From: an uncultured Candidatus Saccharibacteria bacterium
GTDB lineage: Bacteria; Patescibacteriota; Minisyncoccia; Phycocordibacterales; Phycocordibacteraceae
Direction: 5' to 3'
Assembly (NCBI GenBank): GCA_964546795.1
Contig: CAZJKG010000001.1
Span: 61,690-125,689 of the forward strand
Length of the DNA stretch: 64,000 nucleotides
Every line of letters begins with the position of its first letter. The stretch's first letter is position 1. Under the pieces are notes generated by a model, which saw nothing but the letters and a program-made list of their open reading frames with translations, had not been told where the DNA came from and did not search any database. The position numbers and the translations under genes were made by a program. Shown here one piece after another: positions 9,532 to 19,077 of the stretch.

Positions 9532-10134
9532 ATGGATAAGATAGACGAACTTGCACAGGCACTTGCCCGCCTTCCCGGCATCGGCCCGAGGCAGGGCAAG
9601 CGTTTTGTGTTTTATCTCCTCGCCGCTCCTGTCGTCGAGCGTGCGAAGCTCGCTGAACTTATTTCCTCATTAGGAAAAGAAGTCCGCCAATGCGCCGACT
9701 GCCTGCGTTTCTATAATGGTTCTATGGCAAGCGCCTGCAATTATTGTTCCGACACGGCGCGCGACGATACACTTCTCATGCTCGTTGAGAAAGACCAGGA
9801 CCTCGCGGCAGTAGAGCGCGCCGGGACGTATCGCGGCCGTTACTTCGTGCTTGGCGGCGTGCTCACCCTTACGGGCAAAGGGGCCATCCGCGAAAAAGAA
9901 TTGCTGAAAATAGTAGAAAAACGTCTGAAGAATAATTTAAAAGAGATTGTTCTCGCGCTCGGGGCGACGAGCGAAGGAGAGCATACCGCCGACCGTGTGC
10001 GCGAACTGCTTGCGCCCTATCGCGATACGGTGAAGATATCAGTGCTCGGCCGCGGCCTTGCGACCGGCAGCGAGCTTGAGTACTCCGACGGCGAAACGCT
10101 CCGCGCCGCCCTCACCAACCGCAAAGAAACTTAA
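9532..10134 (+). CDS. recR: Recombination mediator RecR
   Basis: LPGIGPR HhH motif, C4 zinc finger, Toprim domain, ELEYSD. Confidence 0.96.
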   Translation: MDKIDELAQALARLPGIGPRQGKRFVFYLLAAPVVERAKLAELISSLGKEVRQCADCLRFYNGSMASACNYCSDTARDDTLLMLVEKDQDLAAVERAGTYRGRYFVLGGVLTLTGKGAIREKELLKIVEKRLKNNLKEIVLALGATSEGEHTADRVRELLAPYRDTVKISVLGRGLATGSELEYSDGETLRAALTNRKET

Positions 10135-10136
10135 TC

Positions 10137-10739
10137 ATGGGGAAACTGATTCTTGTACGACACGGTGAGACAGTAAAAAATGCTGCCGGTAGTATGCACA
10201 CCACCGAAGACCCTGAATTATTAACCGAAACAGGCATCGAACAAATAACGAAAACTGCTGAAAAACTAAAAGAGTTTAATCCTATTAAAATTTACTCTTC
10301 ACAAGAAGCTCGTGCCGTTCAGAGCGGAAAACTTATCGCCGATATTCTAGGCGTTGATTTTGAGACAATAGACGATATGCGGGAAAGAAATTGGGGAGAT
10401 TGGTCCGATAGGTCCTGGTCAGAGGTACAAGAGATTCTGGAACCAATGAATTTGCAAGAACGTTATACGTTTATTCCACCTAGAGGAGAATCATGGGAGC
10501 ACTTTGAAAAGAGATTGATTCAATCCATAAACTCTCTATTGGGGAAGCATTGGAGCGAAACTATCGTTGTAGTTTCGCATGGAGGTGCAATTCGAGCTCT
10601 TATGCCCTATCTGCTTTCCGTACCAAAAGAGGAAAGTTTTAAATATAGTCCAGACAACGCTTCGTTAACCGTTTTCAACATGGAAAACGGAATCGCTAAA
10701 CCAGTAACTCTAAATGATACATCCCATCTGAAAGGTTAG
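10137..10739 (+). CDS. Histidine phosphatase family protein
   Basis: LILVRHGET, ERNWGDW, VVSHGGAIR; AT-richer than its neighbours. Confidence 0.92.
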   Translation: MGKLILVRHGETVKNAAGSMHTTEDPELLTETGIEQITKTAEKLKEFNPIKIYSSQEARAVQSGKLIADILGVDFETIDDMRERNWGDWSDRSWSEVQEILEPMNLQERYTFIPPRGESWEHFEKRLIQSINSLLGKHWSETIVVVSHGGAIRALMPYLLSVPKEESFKYSPDNASLTVFNMENGIAKPVTLNDTSHLKG

Positions 10740-12088
10740 CGGCCTTGGACGAACGTCAGTGCCTTACCTTTCTTGTCCGCTCGGCCGGTGCGGCCAATGC
10801 GGTGAATGTAGTCCTCATACGTTGACGGAAGGTCGTAGTTAATGACGTGCGAGACAGCCGGAATATCAAGGCCACGTGCGGCAACATCGGTCGCTACGAG
10901 CACGCTCACCTTCCCTGCCTTAAAGGCCTCTAGGGCGCGTATGCGCGCGCCATGCGTCTTGTTGCCGTGGATGCTTTCCGAGTGAATATGGAGGCGGGAA
11001 AGTGCCTTAGCGAGCTTCTCCACGCCGAACTTGGTGCGGCCGAATACGAGCACGCGGCTGAATTCGCGGTCCTTAAGCATCTCGGAGAGTACCTCAAACT
11101 TGTCCTTCCCGCGCGGAATGCGCACGACGTCCTGGTCAATGCTGCTCGGAGTATCGCGCGTCTTCACCGATATGACGACCGGGCTTGAAAGGAAGTCACC
11201 GATGAGCCGCTCAATGTCTCTCGACATCGTCGCGGAAAAGAAAAGTGTGTGACGCTCTTTGTTCATCTTCCCGAGTATCATGCGCATATCGTCAATGAAA
11301 CCCATATCAAGCATGCGGTCCGCCTCGTCAAGGACGACTGTGCCGAAACCGGAAAGGTCAAGCGCACGGCGTTCCATCAGGTCCTTCAGGCGCCCGGGAG
11401 TGCCGATGACGAATGCCGGATTGTGCCGGAGCTGAGAAATCTGCGGACCGATGTTCGCACCACCTACCGCGACCATGCCGCGGAACCCGAGACCTCTCGC
11501 GAAGCCAGCAAGCTCCTTTTCTATTTGCACCGCAAGCTCACGAGTGGGTGCCATGATGAGCACACGGTCGCCTTTCTGCTTCATGACCTTGTCAATAAGC
11601 GGGATGAGGAATGCTGCCGTCTTCCCCGTCCCGGTCGCGGCAAGGCCGACGACGTCCTGGCCGAGGAGCGCATGCGGAATGGCTTTGTCCTGAATAGGTG
11701 TCGGGGACACATAGTGTCGCACTTCAATATTCTTCTTCAGATGCGCATTAATATCGAAATCGGAAAATGTATGTTCGGGAACGAACACCGGCTCTGAAGT
11801 CGTCACAACCGTCTTGTTCATGAACTTTGATATTTCGGCTTCCGTCTCGCCGAAAGAGCCGAAACCGCGACCTCGTCCGTGCGCCTGCCTGCCGGCAGGC
11901 AGGCGCCCGCCTCCGAAGCGACTCGGCCCACCAAAACCGCCGCGCTGTGGCGGACGTGACGAATACGAACCTTGCCGGCCGGCAGGCGGGCGCTCACCAC
12001 CTTGTGGGCTGCGTGAATGTCCTCCAGACCGCCCGGTTCCATGCGAACTTCCACCTCCTGATTGATGATTCCATCTTCCTACTTGCAT
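10736..12088 (-). CDS. DEAD-box RNA helicase with Gly/Arg-rich N-terminus
   Basis: ATGTGKT, PTRELA, DEAD, SAT, ARGLD, HRIGRTGR. Confidence 0.96.
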   Translation of the reverse strand: MQVGRWNHQSGGGSSHGTGRSGGHSRSPQGGERPPAGRQGSYSSRPPQRGGFGGPSRFGGGRLPAGRQAHGRGRGFGSFGETEAEISKFMNKTVVTTSEPVFVPEHTFSDFDINAHLKKNIEVRHYVSPTPIQDKAIPHALLGQDVVGLAATGTGKTAAFLIPLIDKVMKQKGDRVLIMAPTRELAVQIEKELAGFARGLGFRGMVAVGGANIGPQISQLRHNPAFVIGTPGRLKDLMERRALDLSGFGTVVLDEADRMLDMGFIDDMRMILGKMNKERHTLFFSATMSRDIERLIGDFLSSPVVISVKTRDTPSSIDQDVVRIPRGKDKFEVLSEMLKDREFSRVLVFGRTKFGVEKLAKALSRLHIHSESIHGNKTHGARIRALEAFKAGKVSVLVATDVAARGLDIPAVSHVINYDLPSTYEDYIHRIGRTGRADKKGKALTFVQGR

Positions 12089-12120
12089 TGTATTTTTAAA
12101 TTAATGTATAGATCGAACGG

Positions 12121-12240
12121 AGCTTCGGAAAAAGCTAGAAGATGCGAGGCACGGGTAAGGCAATCTCTGCAGGCGTACAAAAGTACGACGGAAGAAATTA
12201 CCGGGACCCATAACGAAGCATCTTGAGCTTTTTACAAGCT
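12121..12240. repeat. Fold-back intergenic element between rplU and the DEAD helicase
   Basis: Arms AAAAAGCT..AAGATGC / GCATCTT.AGCTTTTT; inner hairpin CGTAC-aaaa-GTACG. Confidence 0.65.
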
Positions 12241-12556
12241 ACGAAATTGAGTCGATTTTGACTTTGAGAAGTGGTTGGCGATGCCCTTTGCGCTTGTAGT
12301 AGCGACTCTTCGGCTTGTACTTCACCACTTCCACTTTCTTTCCCAATCCGGCGAGAACGACAGTGCCCTTGACCTCCGCACCCTTGATAACGGGCGCGCC
12401 GATGGTCGTGTCCGAGCCGTTGTCGACGAGGAGCACCTCGCCAAATACAACCGTGTCACCTTTTTTCAAATCCCCTGGGAGCTTCTCTATAGCGATAGTG
12501 TCGCCCTTAGAGACGACGTACTGCTTCCCACCGGTCTTGATTACGGCCACTTCCAT
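12239..12556 (-). CDS. rplU: 50S ribosomal protein L21
   Basis: AVIKTGGKQYVV...KYKPKSRYYKRKGHRQ. Confidence 0.97.
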   Translation of the reverse strand: MEVAVIKTGGKQYVVSKGDTIAIEKLPGDLKKGDTVVFGEVLLVDNGSDTTIGAPVIKGAEVKGTVVLAGLGKKVEVVKYKPKSRYYKRKGHRQPLLKVKIDSIS

Positions 12557-12592
12557 AGTCCGTGTAATGTAGCACTTTCCTATATAAAAGAC

Positions 12593-12620
12593 AAGGATGC
12601 GGAACGGGTTCCGCATCCTT
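12593..12620 (-). terminator. Hairpin terminator
   Basis: AAGGATGCGGAAC-gg-GTTCCGCATCCTT downstream of the 12639-12944 ORF. Confidence 0.6.
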
Positions 12621-12638
12621 TGAAGATCAATACTCACT

Positions 12639-12944
12639 TCACTTCCCCTTTTTCCATTTTCTCCACTCATTACGGCGACGTATACGTTCCTTTTTGCTCG
12701 GGCGCGATCCGCTTGGGTCCGGCAGATCTGTCTCAACATCGGTCTCTGATCCACACACCGGGCAGCAGAATGTTTCGAAAGATCTCCCCCCGTAAGTACG
12801 GCTAGTGGTATAGCTAGTCAAATAGAGATCTTCTGCAGTAATCAACAATCTCGCTCCGCACCCAGTTAATTCATTTCCCTTTCCAGTACAGTCGACTTTC
12901 GCACTCCCCGTTTTCGGTTTGCTTCCACGAGATAAAATCTTCAT
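12639..12944 (-). CDS. Hypothetical zinc-ribbon protein
   Basis: AAGGAGG SD before the ATG; C..GCG and CPVCG motifs. Confidence 0.65.
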   Translation of the reverse strand: MKILSRGSKPKTGSAKVDCTGKGNELTGCGARLLITAEDLYLTSYTTSRTYGGRSFETFCCPVCGSETDVETDLPDPSGSRPSKKERIRRRNEWRKWKKGK

Positions 12945-12997
12945 CTCGACCCTCCTTGTTGGTTGACCGGACAATACCGGAAAAGATTCTCGGAGAA

Positions 12998-14062
12998 CTA
13001 TACACTATCTGATGTCGGCTTGTCAAGAAGTTCGGGTTCTCCGCCAGCTGGCGGAGCCGATTTAACGCCAGAGATGCGGTAGACATCTTTATCTATCTTG
13101 CCGAGTTCCTTATAACCCGCGTTGTAGTGGCTGACTGAGGTTCCGAGCGACACTCCAAGCTTGCGGTAGAATTCCTCATAGGCCGCCACATGCTTCCCCA
13201 GTTCCCCTACCCGCTGCTGTATCTCTACCGCCTTTTCTTCTATTTTGAGCGCTTTCAAACCCTGCATCACGGTCTGCAGATACGCGAGGAATGATGTTGG
13301 AGAAACGATGATGACCTTATATTTCCCCGCCGCCCTTTGAATGAGATTCTCGTCTTCTCCGCCTCCTACTTGATTGGTGAGGAGGTCGTAATAGATACCT
13401 TCGGAAGGGATGAACATAAAGGCAAAATCCATCGTGTTTTCTTCAGGCCGAATATACTTCGCTGTCTCAGCGATGCGCATCTTGAGGTCGCTCACGAATG
13501 CTTTCTCGAATGCCGGACGCTCGCTCTCGCTTGCGTGCACGAGACGATTGTAGTTCTCAAGCGAGAATTTGGAATCAATCGGAACTATTTTGTTGCTCAC
13601 GAATACTGCCGCGTCCACTATCTCACCGTTCTTGAACGGATACTGCATTTGGTACATGCCGGGCGGAAGCACATTCTTCAATACCGTTTCCAAATAGTAT
13701 TCGCCGAGGATTCCGCGCTGCTTTGGATTCTTCAGGATATCCTGGAGATTTTGAAGTTGTTCAGCGAATCCTTGTGTCTGGCGACCGATTTCTTTCACCG
13801 ACGTGACTTCCTGCGTGATTTCTTTGATGAGCCGATTAGATTCAGAGAACTGCCGATGGGAACTCTCCTGCATTGCCTTAGACGATTCTGCGACGCGCGC
13901 ATCGAGCGTCCGCGCAAGCTCTTGCATCTGCTGTTGCAGGAGCACCATACCTGCACCATCATCTTTGGGAGTTTCTTCGCGGCGGCGCAATATGAAATAG
14001 AGACCAATGCTTTGCACAACAATCAGGACGAACACGACAATAGCGACGCTGATAATACTCAT
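12998..14062 (-). CDS. rmuC: DNA recombination protein RmuC
   Basis: N-terminal TM, coiled coil, RGILGEYYLE, PIDSKFSL, FAFMFIPSE, VSPT. Confidence 0.95.
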   Translation of the reverse strand: MSIISVAIVVFVLIVVQSIGLYFILRRREETPKDDGAGMVLLQQQMQELARTLDARVAESSKAMQESSHRQFSESNRLIKEITQEVTSVKEIGRQTQGFAEQLQNLQDILKNPKQRGILGEYYLETVLKNVLPPGMYQMQYPFKNGEIVDAAVFVSNKIVPIDSKFSLENYNRLVHASESERPAFEKAFVSDLKMRIAETAKYIRPEENTMDFAFMFIPSEGIYYDLLTNQVGGGEDENLIQRAAGKYKVIIVSPTSFLAYLQTVMQGLKALKIEEKAVEIQQRVGELGKHVAAYEEFYRKLGVSLGTSVSHYNAGYKELGKIDKDVYRISGVKSAPPAGGEPELLDKPTSDSV

Positions 14063-14181
14063 GGGTGTAGTATACAGTGAACGGCAAATAGGTTGTAGCG
14101 AATAGTTTATGGCAATTCAAATCCAGGAACATGGTATTCTGTATCTACTATTAGCTATACGCTATAAACTATAAGCTGTTT

Positions 14182-14634
14182 ATGATCCACGAGACCCTTA
14201 AGAAATCTATCCCTGATGCACTGCGGGCGCATGACGAAGTACGACTGCGGACGCTCCGTTCGCTCGTGACTGCCATGACGAACGAGGTTGTCGCAAAGAA
14301 ACGCAAACCCGATGAATTCCTTACCGACGATGAGGCCATCGTCGTTGTGAAGCGTGCCGCTAACCAACGCAAGGATTCCATAGAACAGTTTGAAAAGGCA
14401 TCCCGCAACGACCTCGCGGAGCCGGAGAAGGCCGAGCTTGCCATTCTTGAGGCACTCCTCCCTTCCCAGATGAGCCGCGAAGAAATTATGGTCATTGCGA
14501 AAGCGAAAATGGCTGAGCTCGGTGTCTCAACCAAAGCCGATGCTGGCAAATTCACTGGTGCACTCATGAAAGAACTCAAAGGAAAAGCCGACGGCGGTGA
14601 TGTCAAAGCGGTTGTGGATAGCTTGCTTTCTTAA
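14182..14634 (+). CDS. GatB/YqeY domain protein
   Basis: RLRTLRSL...QRKDSIEQF...EKAELAILEALLP. Confidence 0.92.
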   Translation: MIHETLKKSIPDALRAHDEVRLRTLRSLVTAMTNEVVAKKRKPDEFLTDDEAIVVVKRAANQRKDSIEQFEKASRNDLAEPEKAELAILEALLPSQMSREEIMVIAKAKMAELGVSTKADAGKFTGALMKELKGKADGGDVKAVVDSLLS

Positions 14635-14681
14635 CAGAAATGGTGTTTAATATTGGTCGGACTTAACGGGAGACCACTACC

Positions 14682-14921
14682 ATGGAGAAACCTGAAAAAG
14701 TGAAGAGAGCGCAATTGGCCGGCGATAGTGAGGCCTTGAGCCGCATGGGTCGTACAGGAGGGCGACACGCGGACATCTTGAACAAGCTGCACAAAAAAGA
14801 CCGCAAAGAGATCGCTGATGAGATCGTTCGTGAGCAAGCGAAGCTCTATACGCTCTCGCAGGAAGGTGACGTCCTTCCGCCAACCGACATTGATATGCCT
14901 CTCAAGAATAAGCGCGGGTAG
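14682..14921 (+). CDS. Hypothetical protein (79 aa)
   Basis: ORF fills the intergenic space; SRMGRTGG resembles a KGG-like motif. Confidence 0.6.
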   Translation: MEKPEKVKRAQLAGDSEALSRMGRTGGRHADILNKLHKKDRKEIADEIVREQAKLYTLSQEGDVLPPTDIDMPLKNKRG

Positions 14922-14985
14922 CCAACTGGCTCCCGCGCAAATCATTTAATACTTCCTTCTACCGTCTTTTTTTGTTATAAAACGA

Positions 14986-15051
14986 AGACGGCCTCATCGT
15001 CCCCGCCTGCTCCCGACCATCGGGAGGGCGGGCAGGTAACGGCTAGGCACA
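14986..15051 (+). pseudogene. Duplicated 5' fragment of tRNA-Glu interrupted by a 35-nt palindrome
   Basis: AGACGGCCTCATCGTC[CCCGCCTGCTCCCGACCATCGGGAGGGCGGGCAGG]TAACGGCTAGGCACA versus intact AGACGGCCCTATCGTC-TAACGGTTAGGACACA at 15296. Confidence 0.8.
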
Positions 15052-15052
15052 T

Positions 15053-15292
15053 ATGTATTTTGTTTATGTCTTGAAAAGTATAAAAGATGGAGAGCTCTAT
15101 TATGGTCTTACCGCCAATCTAGAAAATAGATTAGGAGAACATAATAAAGGCCGTGTACAAGCGACAAGAGGTAGAACACCTTTTGATCTTGTATATTTCG
15201 AAACTGTGGCAAATCTGACAGAAGCTAGAAAAAAGGAAAAATACTTCAAAAGCGGTTTTGGAAGAAAGTATATAAAGAACAAGTTAAAATAA
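15053..15292 (+). CDS. Stand-alone short GIY-YIG nuclease (UPF0213/YhbQ-like)
   Basis: YFVYVL..S....YYGLT.NL..RL.EHN.G...T....P..LVY.E.....EA.K.EKYFKSG.GR; AT-rich. Confidence 0.93.
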   Translation: MYFVYVLKSIKDGELYYGLTANLENRLGEHNKGRVQATRGRTPFDLVYFETVANLTEARKKEKYFKSGFGRKYIKNKLK

Positions 15293-15299
15293 AGCAGAC

Positions 15300-15371
15300 G
15301 GCCCTATCGTCTAACGGTTAGGACACATCCTTCTCAAGGATGGAATCAGAGTTCGATTCTCTGTAGGGTCA
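15300..15371 (+). tRNA. tRNA-Glu (CTC), CCA not encoded
   Basis: Acceptor GGCCCTA/TAGGGTC, anticodon arm CATCC-TTCTCAA-GGATG, T arm CAGAG-TTCGATT-CTCTG. Confidence 0.96.
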
Positions 15372-15422
15372 TGATGAGCATGGGAAAGCCCCTTTGAAGT
15401 TATCGCTGGGGCTCATCGTTAG

Positions 15423-15629
15423 TTATTGGTTGGCAGTTTGCCGAAGCTCCTCGATCGGCATTGAACCCCATCCTGAACGCATCGCGAGATCTTGCCGGCT
15501 GGCATCAACTCCATCCCGAACATGTTCAGGCATACCAGGCTTGAAGGGATAGATTTTGTCGAGCATCTGTTCGATGAGTTTTCCCCTTTCCTCCAATTCC
15601 GATTCATCAATGGGATATTGTTGCGCCAT
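15423..15629 (-). CDS. Hypothetical protein (68 aa)
   Basis: Strong SD AAAGGAGGAG 3 nt before the ATG. Confidence 0.6.
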   Translation of the reverse strand: MAQQYPIDESELEERGKLIEQMLDKIYPFKPGMPEHVRDGVDASRQDLAMRSGWGSMPIEELRQTANQ

Positions 15630-15749
15630 ACACTCCTCCTTTCATTTTCGAAAGTGGTATATCGTTGTGCTGCATTCTTGTTTTCTGCAAACACTATTGC
15701 ACAAATCGATATAAAAAGAAAGTTCTAATACATGCTTGTTCTTATAAAA

Positions 15750-17024
15750 TCATGATTTCTGCTTCCAGGCCTTTTCTTGTCGGACGAGCTGTGCCACGTC
15801 CGCCGGATCAGCGAGCAATGCCTCTACGATACGCTCGGTACGAATCGCTTGAGAACCCTTCACAAGAACGACATCGCCCGTGTGGACCAATTCGGAGAGA
15901 GCGACTGCGGCCGCGCGAGCATTATCAAACGACATAATCTTGGCACCCGTATTGACCGTTCCGAATGCCCGGGCGCGAATGCCGACTGTAGCGATGACAT
16001 CGGCCGAATCGTTTGCAAGCGAACTGATACGCTCATGCTCCATTGCCGAATAGCGACCGAGTTCAAGCATATCGCCAAGGACAGCGATAAGGCGATGTGC
16101 GTACGGAAACGTTTTCAAGGTGAGAAGCGCCTCCTCAACCGCCGCAGGCGAAGCATTATACGAATCATCTATGATAATGGACCCGTTCTTGCCAGCAAAG
16201 AGACGGCCGCGGCCAGGCGGCGTTTCGTAGCTCATAAGCGCCTCATGCACTTCCGAAAATGGTATGAGGAAAGCGTGCGCCACTGCAAGCGCGGCCGCAA
16301 TGGGGAGAAGTTGGGTCTTCCCAACCGAGCCGCGCACTATGAAATTCTTATGTTCACTGCCTACATGCATCGTGGCCTGCATGCCGGCGACCTTTCCATT
16401 CTCTTCATAGAAATCAACGTCGCTCATGCGTACACTGGCATCGTTGGCGCTGCCGTACGAGAGAACGCGCGCCGATGTGCGCATTGCCATATCAAGCACA
16501 TATAGATCATCGGCGGGCACGATCAGCGGCGCGGCGGCGGCAAGCGCATATGCGGGAGAAAACTCTTCTTCTCGCACCGCGTCCGGCGAGGCATACGCTT
16601 CAACGTGTACGGGTATCTCGGGAAGTCGCGTGACTACAACCGCATCCGGCGTCGCTATGCGCGCTATGCGAGCAAGATCGCCGGGCCTGTCTGCTCCCAC
16701 TTCAAGCACGAGCATCGTGGGATAGTGGTTGGGCAACAGAAGAAGCGCGAGCGCGTTTTTGGCAAGAAAGAACCATTCAAGAGGATCGTACCAGGGATTC
16801 TTGACTCCGAGGATGGTAAAAGGAACGCCAAATTCACTGTTGAAACTTTTCTCGCTCGCGCGCACAAAAAAACGCCTAGCGAGCACAGCCGCGACAGCGT
16901 CCTTCGTGGAGGTCTTCCCTACCGACCCCGTTACCATCACGATGCGCGGAGCATACCGGCGTACCACGGCGCGCGCGACAAGCGCGAGCATGAAGGCGAC
17001 GATGGACTTCAAGACGTTTTTCAT
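15750..17024 (-). CDS. murF: UDP-MurNAc-tripeptide--D-Ala-D-Ala ligase
   Basis: VTGSVGKTSTK, LEVGAD, DDSYNASP, LGDMLELG, LVKGS. Confidence 0.95.
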   Translation of the reverse strand: MKNVLKSIVAFMLALVARAVVRRYAPRIVMVTGSVGKTSTKDAVAAVLARRFFVRASEKSFNSEFGVPFTILGVKNPWYDPLEWFFLAKNALALLLLPNHYPTMLVLEVGADRPGDLARIARIATPDAVVVTRLPEIPVHVEAYASPDAVREEEFSPAYALAAAAPLIVPADDLYVLDMAMRTSARVLSYGSANDASVRMSDVDFYEENGKVAGMQATMHVGSEHKNFIVRGSVGKTQLLPIAAALAVAHAFLIPFSEVHEALMSYETPPGRGRLFAGKNGSIIIDDSYNASPAAVEEALLTLKTFPYAHRLIAVLGDMLELGRYSAMEHERISSLANDSADVIATVGIRARAFGTVNTGAKIMSFDNARAAAVALSELVHTGDVVLVKGSQAIRTERIVEALLADPADVAQLVRQEKAWKQKS

Positions 17025-18778
17025 GGTGTTGTTTGCGATGAATGTGTCGAACTCGTGGTCGCAACACCCCTATCAGGAGGCACTGCGTAATAGTTGATGA
17101 GGAAATGGGTGAGGTCCATAAAAGTTGAAGTCAATGTCTCGGAAGCATACTGGACTCCTTGCGGGTCATTCGTGTAAAGAAGAATTATAAACCGTGGCGC
17201 GTAGGAAGGGAAATAACCGAAGAATGAATGGAAATAGCGGTCATCATAATAGCCGCCCTTCCCATTCGTCAGTTGCGCCGTACCGGTCTTCGCGGCAAAT
17301 GTCATATTCGGCATCCGGACGGAACCATGGCCGAGCGCGTAGTCCGCGACATTCGTCAGCATCGTGCTCACTTCCCGCGTCGCCTCTGGATTGAAGACCT
17401 GCACCCGCCCGCTCCAATCAAGCGGACGCATGACGCCTGTATTGAGCTGTATCGCCTGCACGATATGCGGCTCAACCATCGCGCCGCCGTTGGCGAGCGA
17501 GCCGAGCGCGCGGATCATCTGTATCGGCGAGAGCGCGATACCCTGTCCGAACGCGGCGGTATTATAGTAAATCTGCTGGGGCTTCGAGAGATTATTGATA
17601 AGCGCTCTGCCCTCGTTCGGCAAGTCGATGCCGGTTTTCTCTCCGAACAGAGTCGTGAAATAGGTGCGGAAACGGTCCTGTCCGAGCTGCGTCGCTATCC
17701 ACGATGCCCCGACGTTCAGCGATTGAGACAGAATCTGCTGCATCGGCACTATACCGCGCGCTTTGTGGTCAAAGTTACAAATGCTTGCTTTATTGACCGT
17801 AATACAGCCCGTATCGTCATAGGTTGTGTCGGGAGTGATGACACCCGAATCGAGTCCGGAAGCCATGGTGAGCGGCTTCATGATGGAACCGAATTCGTAG
17901 ACATGCTCCACGAGCGGATTCCCCAACATGCTCGGATTAATGTTCTGTAGATCATTCTCGTCATAGGTCGGATAACTTGCGATTGCGAGAATTGCTCCTG
18001 TGGCGGGGTCCATGATAATTCCGCCTGACTCTTTACTTCCGTAACGCTGATTCAGTTTCGCGATGTCTTCGACGAGCCGTATCTCGACTTCGGGCTCGAT
18101 CGTCGTTACGACATCGCCTTCATGCGCGTCCTTCGCAGAAACGAGCAGGTTGCCGACGTTTGAGAAAAGTTCCGCAAAGAAATTTTTATAGAGCGCATCG
18201 CCCGAGCGCACAAGCGTACCGTTGTAGGACGCCTCAAGTCCGGTCTGTCCGATGAGAGCATCGCCCGAACCATACGAAACGATACCTATCGACTGTGCGG
18301 CAAGCGAAGAACCCGGATAATAGCGCCAACGCTCCTTTAATACTTTTACGCCGGAAATGGAGCGGCTTGCGAGTGATTGTCCGCTTTCCTGCGAAAGACG
18401 ATGTGCGACTTCAATATAGACCTGTCCTTTCTTCGCAGCCGCGGCAAGGAATGCTTCATGGGAAATAACAGCGGATGTGACGGCGGTAATCGCACCATAG
18501 GCGGCCTCAGGGTCGGCAAGTATCTGCGGATTTATCGCGACAAGAAAACCGGTCGCTAGAGTCGCGGCGGAAATAAGAGTACCGTCCTTGCGGGTGAAAT
18601 AAATGGAACCGCGATCAAAGAGTCCGCTTCCGCCTGCAGCGAACTGGCGGTCGGCCTTTTGCGCATAATCGTCTCCATACACGATCTGAACGAAATAAAG
18701 GCGCACGAGGATGAGGAGTGCGGCACAAACGACCAAAGCAAGAACGAGGCGGATGCGTGAGCGGAACTGTGCGCGCAT
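17021..18778 (-). CDS. ftsI: Class B penicillin-binding protein (division)
   Basis: SIMK (SxxK), SLN (SxN), KTG; position in the dcw cluster. Confidence 0.9.
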   Translation of the reverse strand: MRAQFRSRIRLVLALVVCAALLILVRLYFVQIVYGDDYAQKADRQFAAGGSGLFDRGSIYFTRKDGTLISAATLATGFLVAINPQILADPEAAYGAITAVTSAVISHEAFLAAAAKKGQVYIEVAHRLSQESGQSLASRSISGVKVLKERWRYYPGSSLAAQSIGIVSYGSGDALIGQTGLEASYNGTLVRSGDALYKNFFAELFSNVGNLLVSAKDAHEGDVVTTIEPEVEIRLVEDIAKLNQRYGSKESGGIIMDPATGAILAIASYPTYDENDLQNINPSMLGNPLVEHVYEFGSIMKPLTMASGLDSGVITPDTTYDDTGCITVNKASICNFDHKARGIVPMQQILSQSLNVGASWIATQLGQDRFRTYFTTLFGEKTGIDLPNEGRALINNLSKPQQIYYNTAAFGQGIALSPIQMIRALGSLANGGAMVEPHIVQAIQLNTGVMRPLDWSGRVQVFNPEATREVSTMLTNVADYALGHGSVRMPNMTFAAKTGTAQLTNGKGGYYDDRYFHSFFGYFPSYAPRFIILLYTNDPQGVQYASETLTSTFMDLTHFLINYYAVPPDRGVATTSSTHSSQTTP

Positions 18779-18789
18779 ATGCCTTTACA

Positions 18790-19077
18790 CTAGCGCAATG
18801 TGGCTACATTCTTCGCCGGTACGAACACTTCGACAAGTGGCTTCGCATAGCCCATCGCGGTGTAATTTGTGCCGGTGATATGCGTCATGGTAGTAATGTA
18901 TTGTTTTTCAAGTATGGCAACCACCGCTTCATCGTTCCTGACCGATTGCGAAAATTCAACCGTAAGCGCCGCATAGCTCATGACCACCGCAATGAGCCCA
19001 ATATAGGAGACCGCAAGAACGGCGACCGTGCCGGAACAAAATGACAGGAGAGAGAATGGGAAATGGGAATTATACAT
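18790..19077 (-). CDS. Small membrane/coiled-coil protein in the FtsL position
   Basis: TM helix plus heptad segment, located between rsmH and ftsI. Confidence 0.6.
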   Translation of the reverse strand: MYNSHFPFSLLSFCSGTVAVLAVSYIGLIAVVMSYAALTVEFSQSVRNDEAVVAILEKQYITTMTHITGTNYTAMGYAKPLVEVFVPAKNVATLR

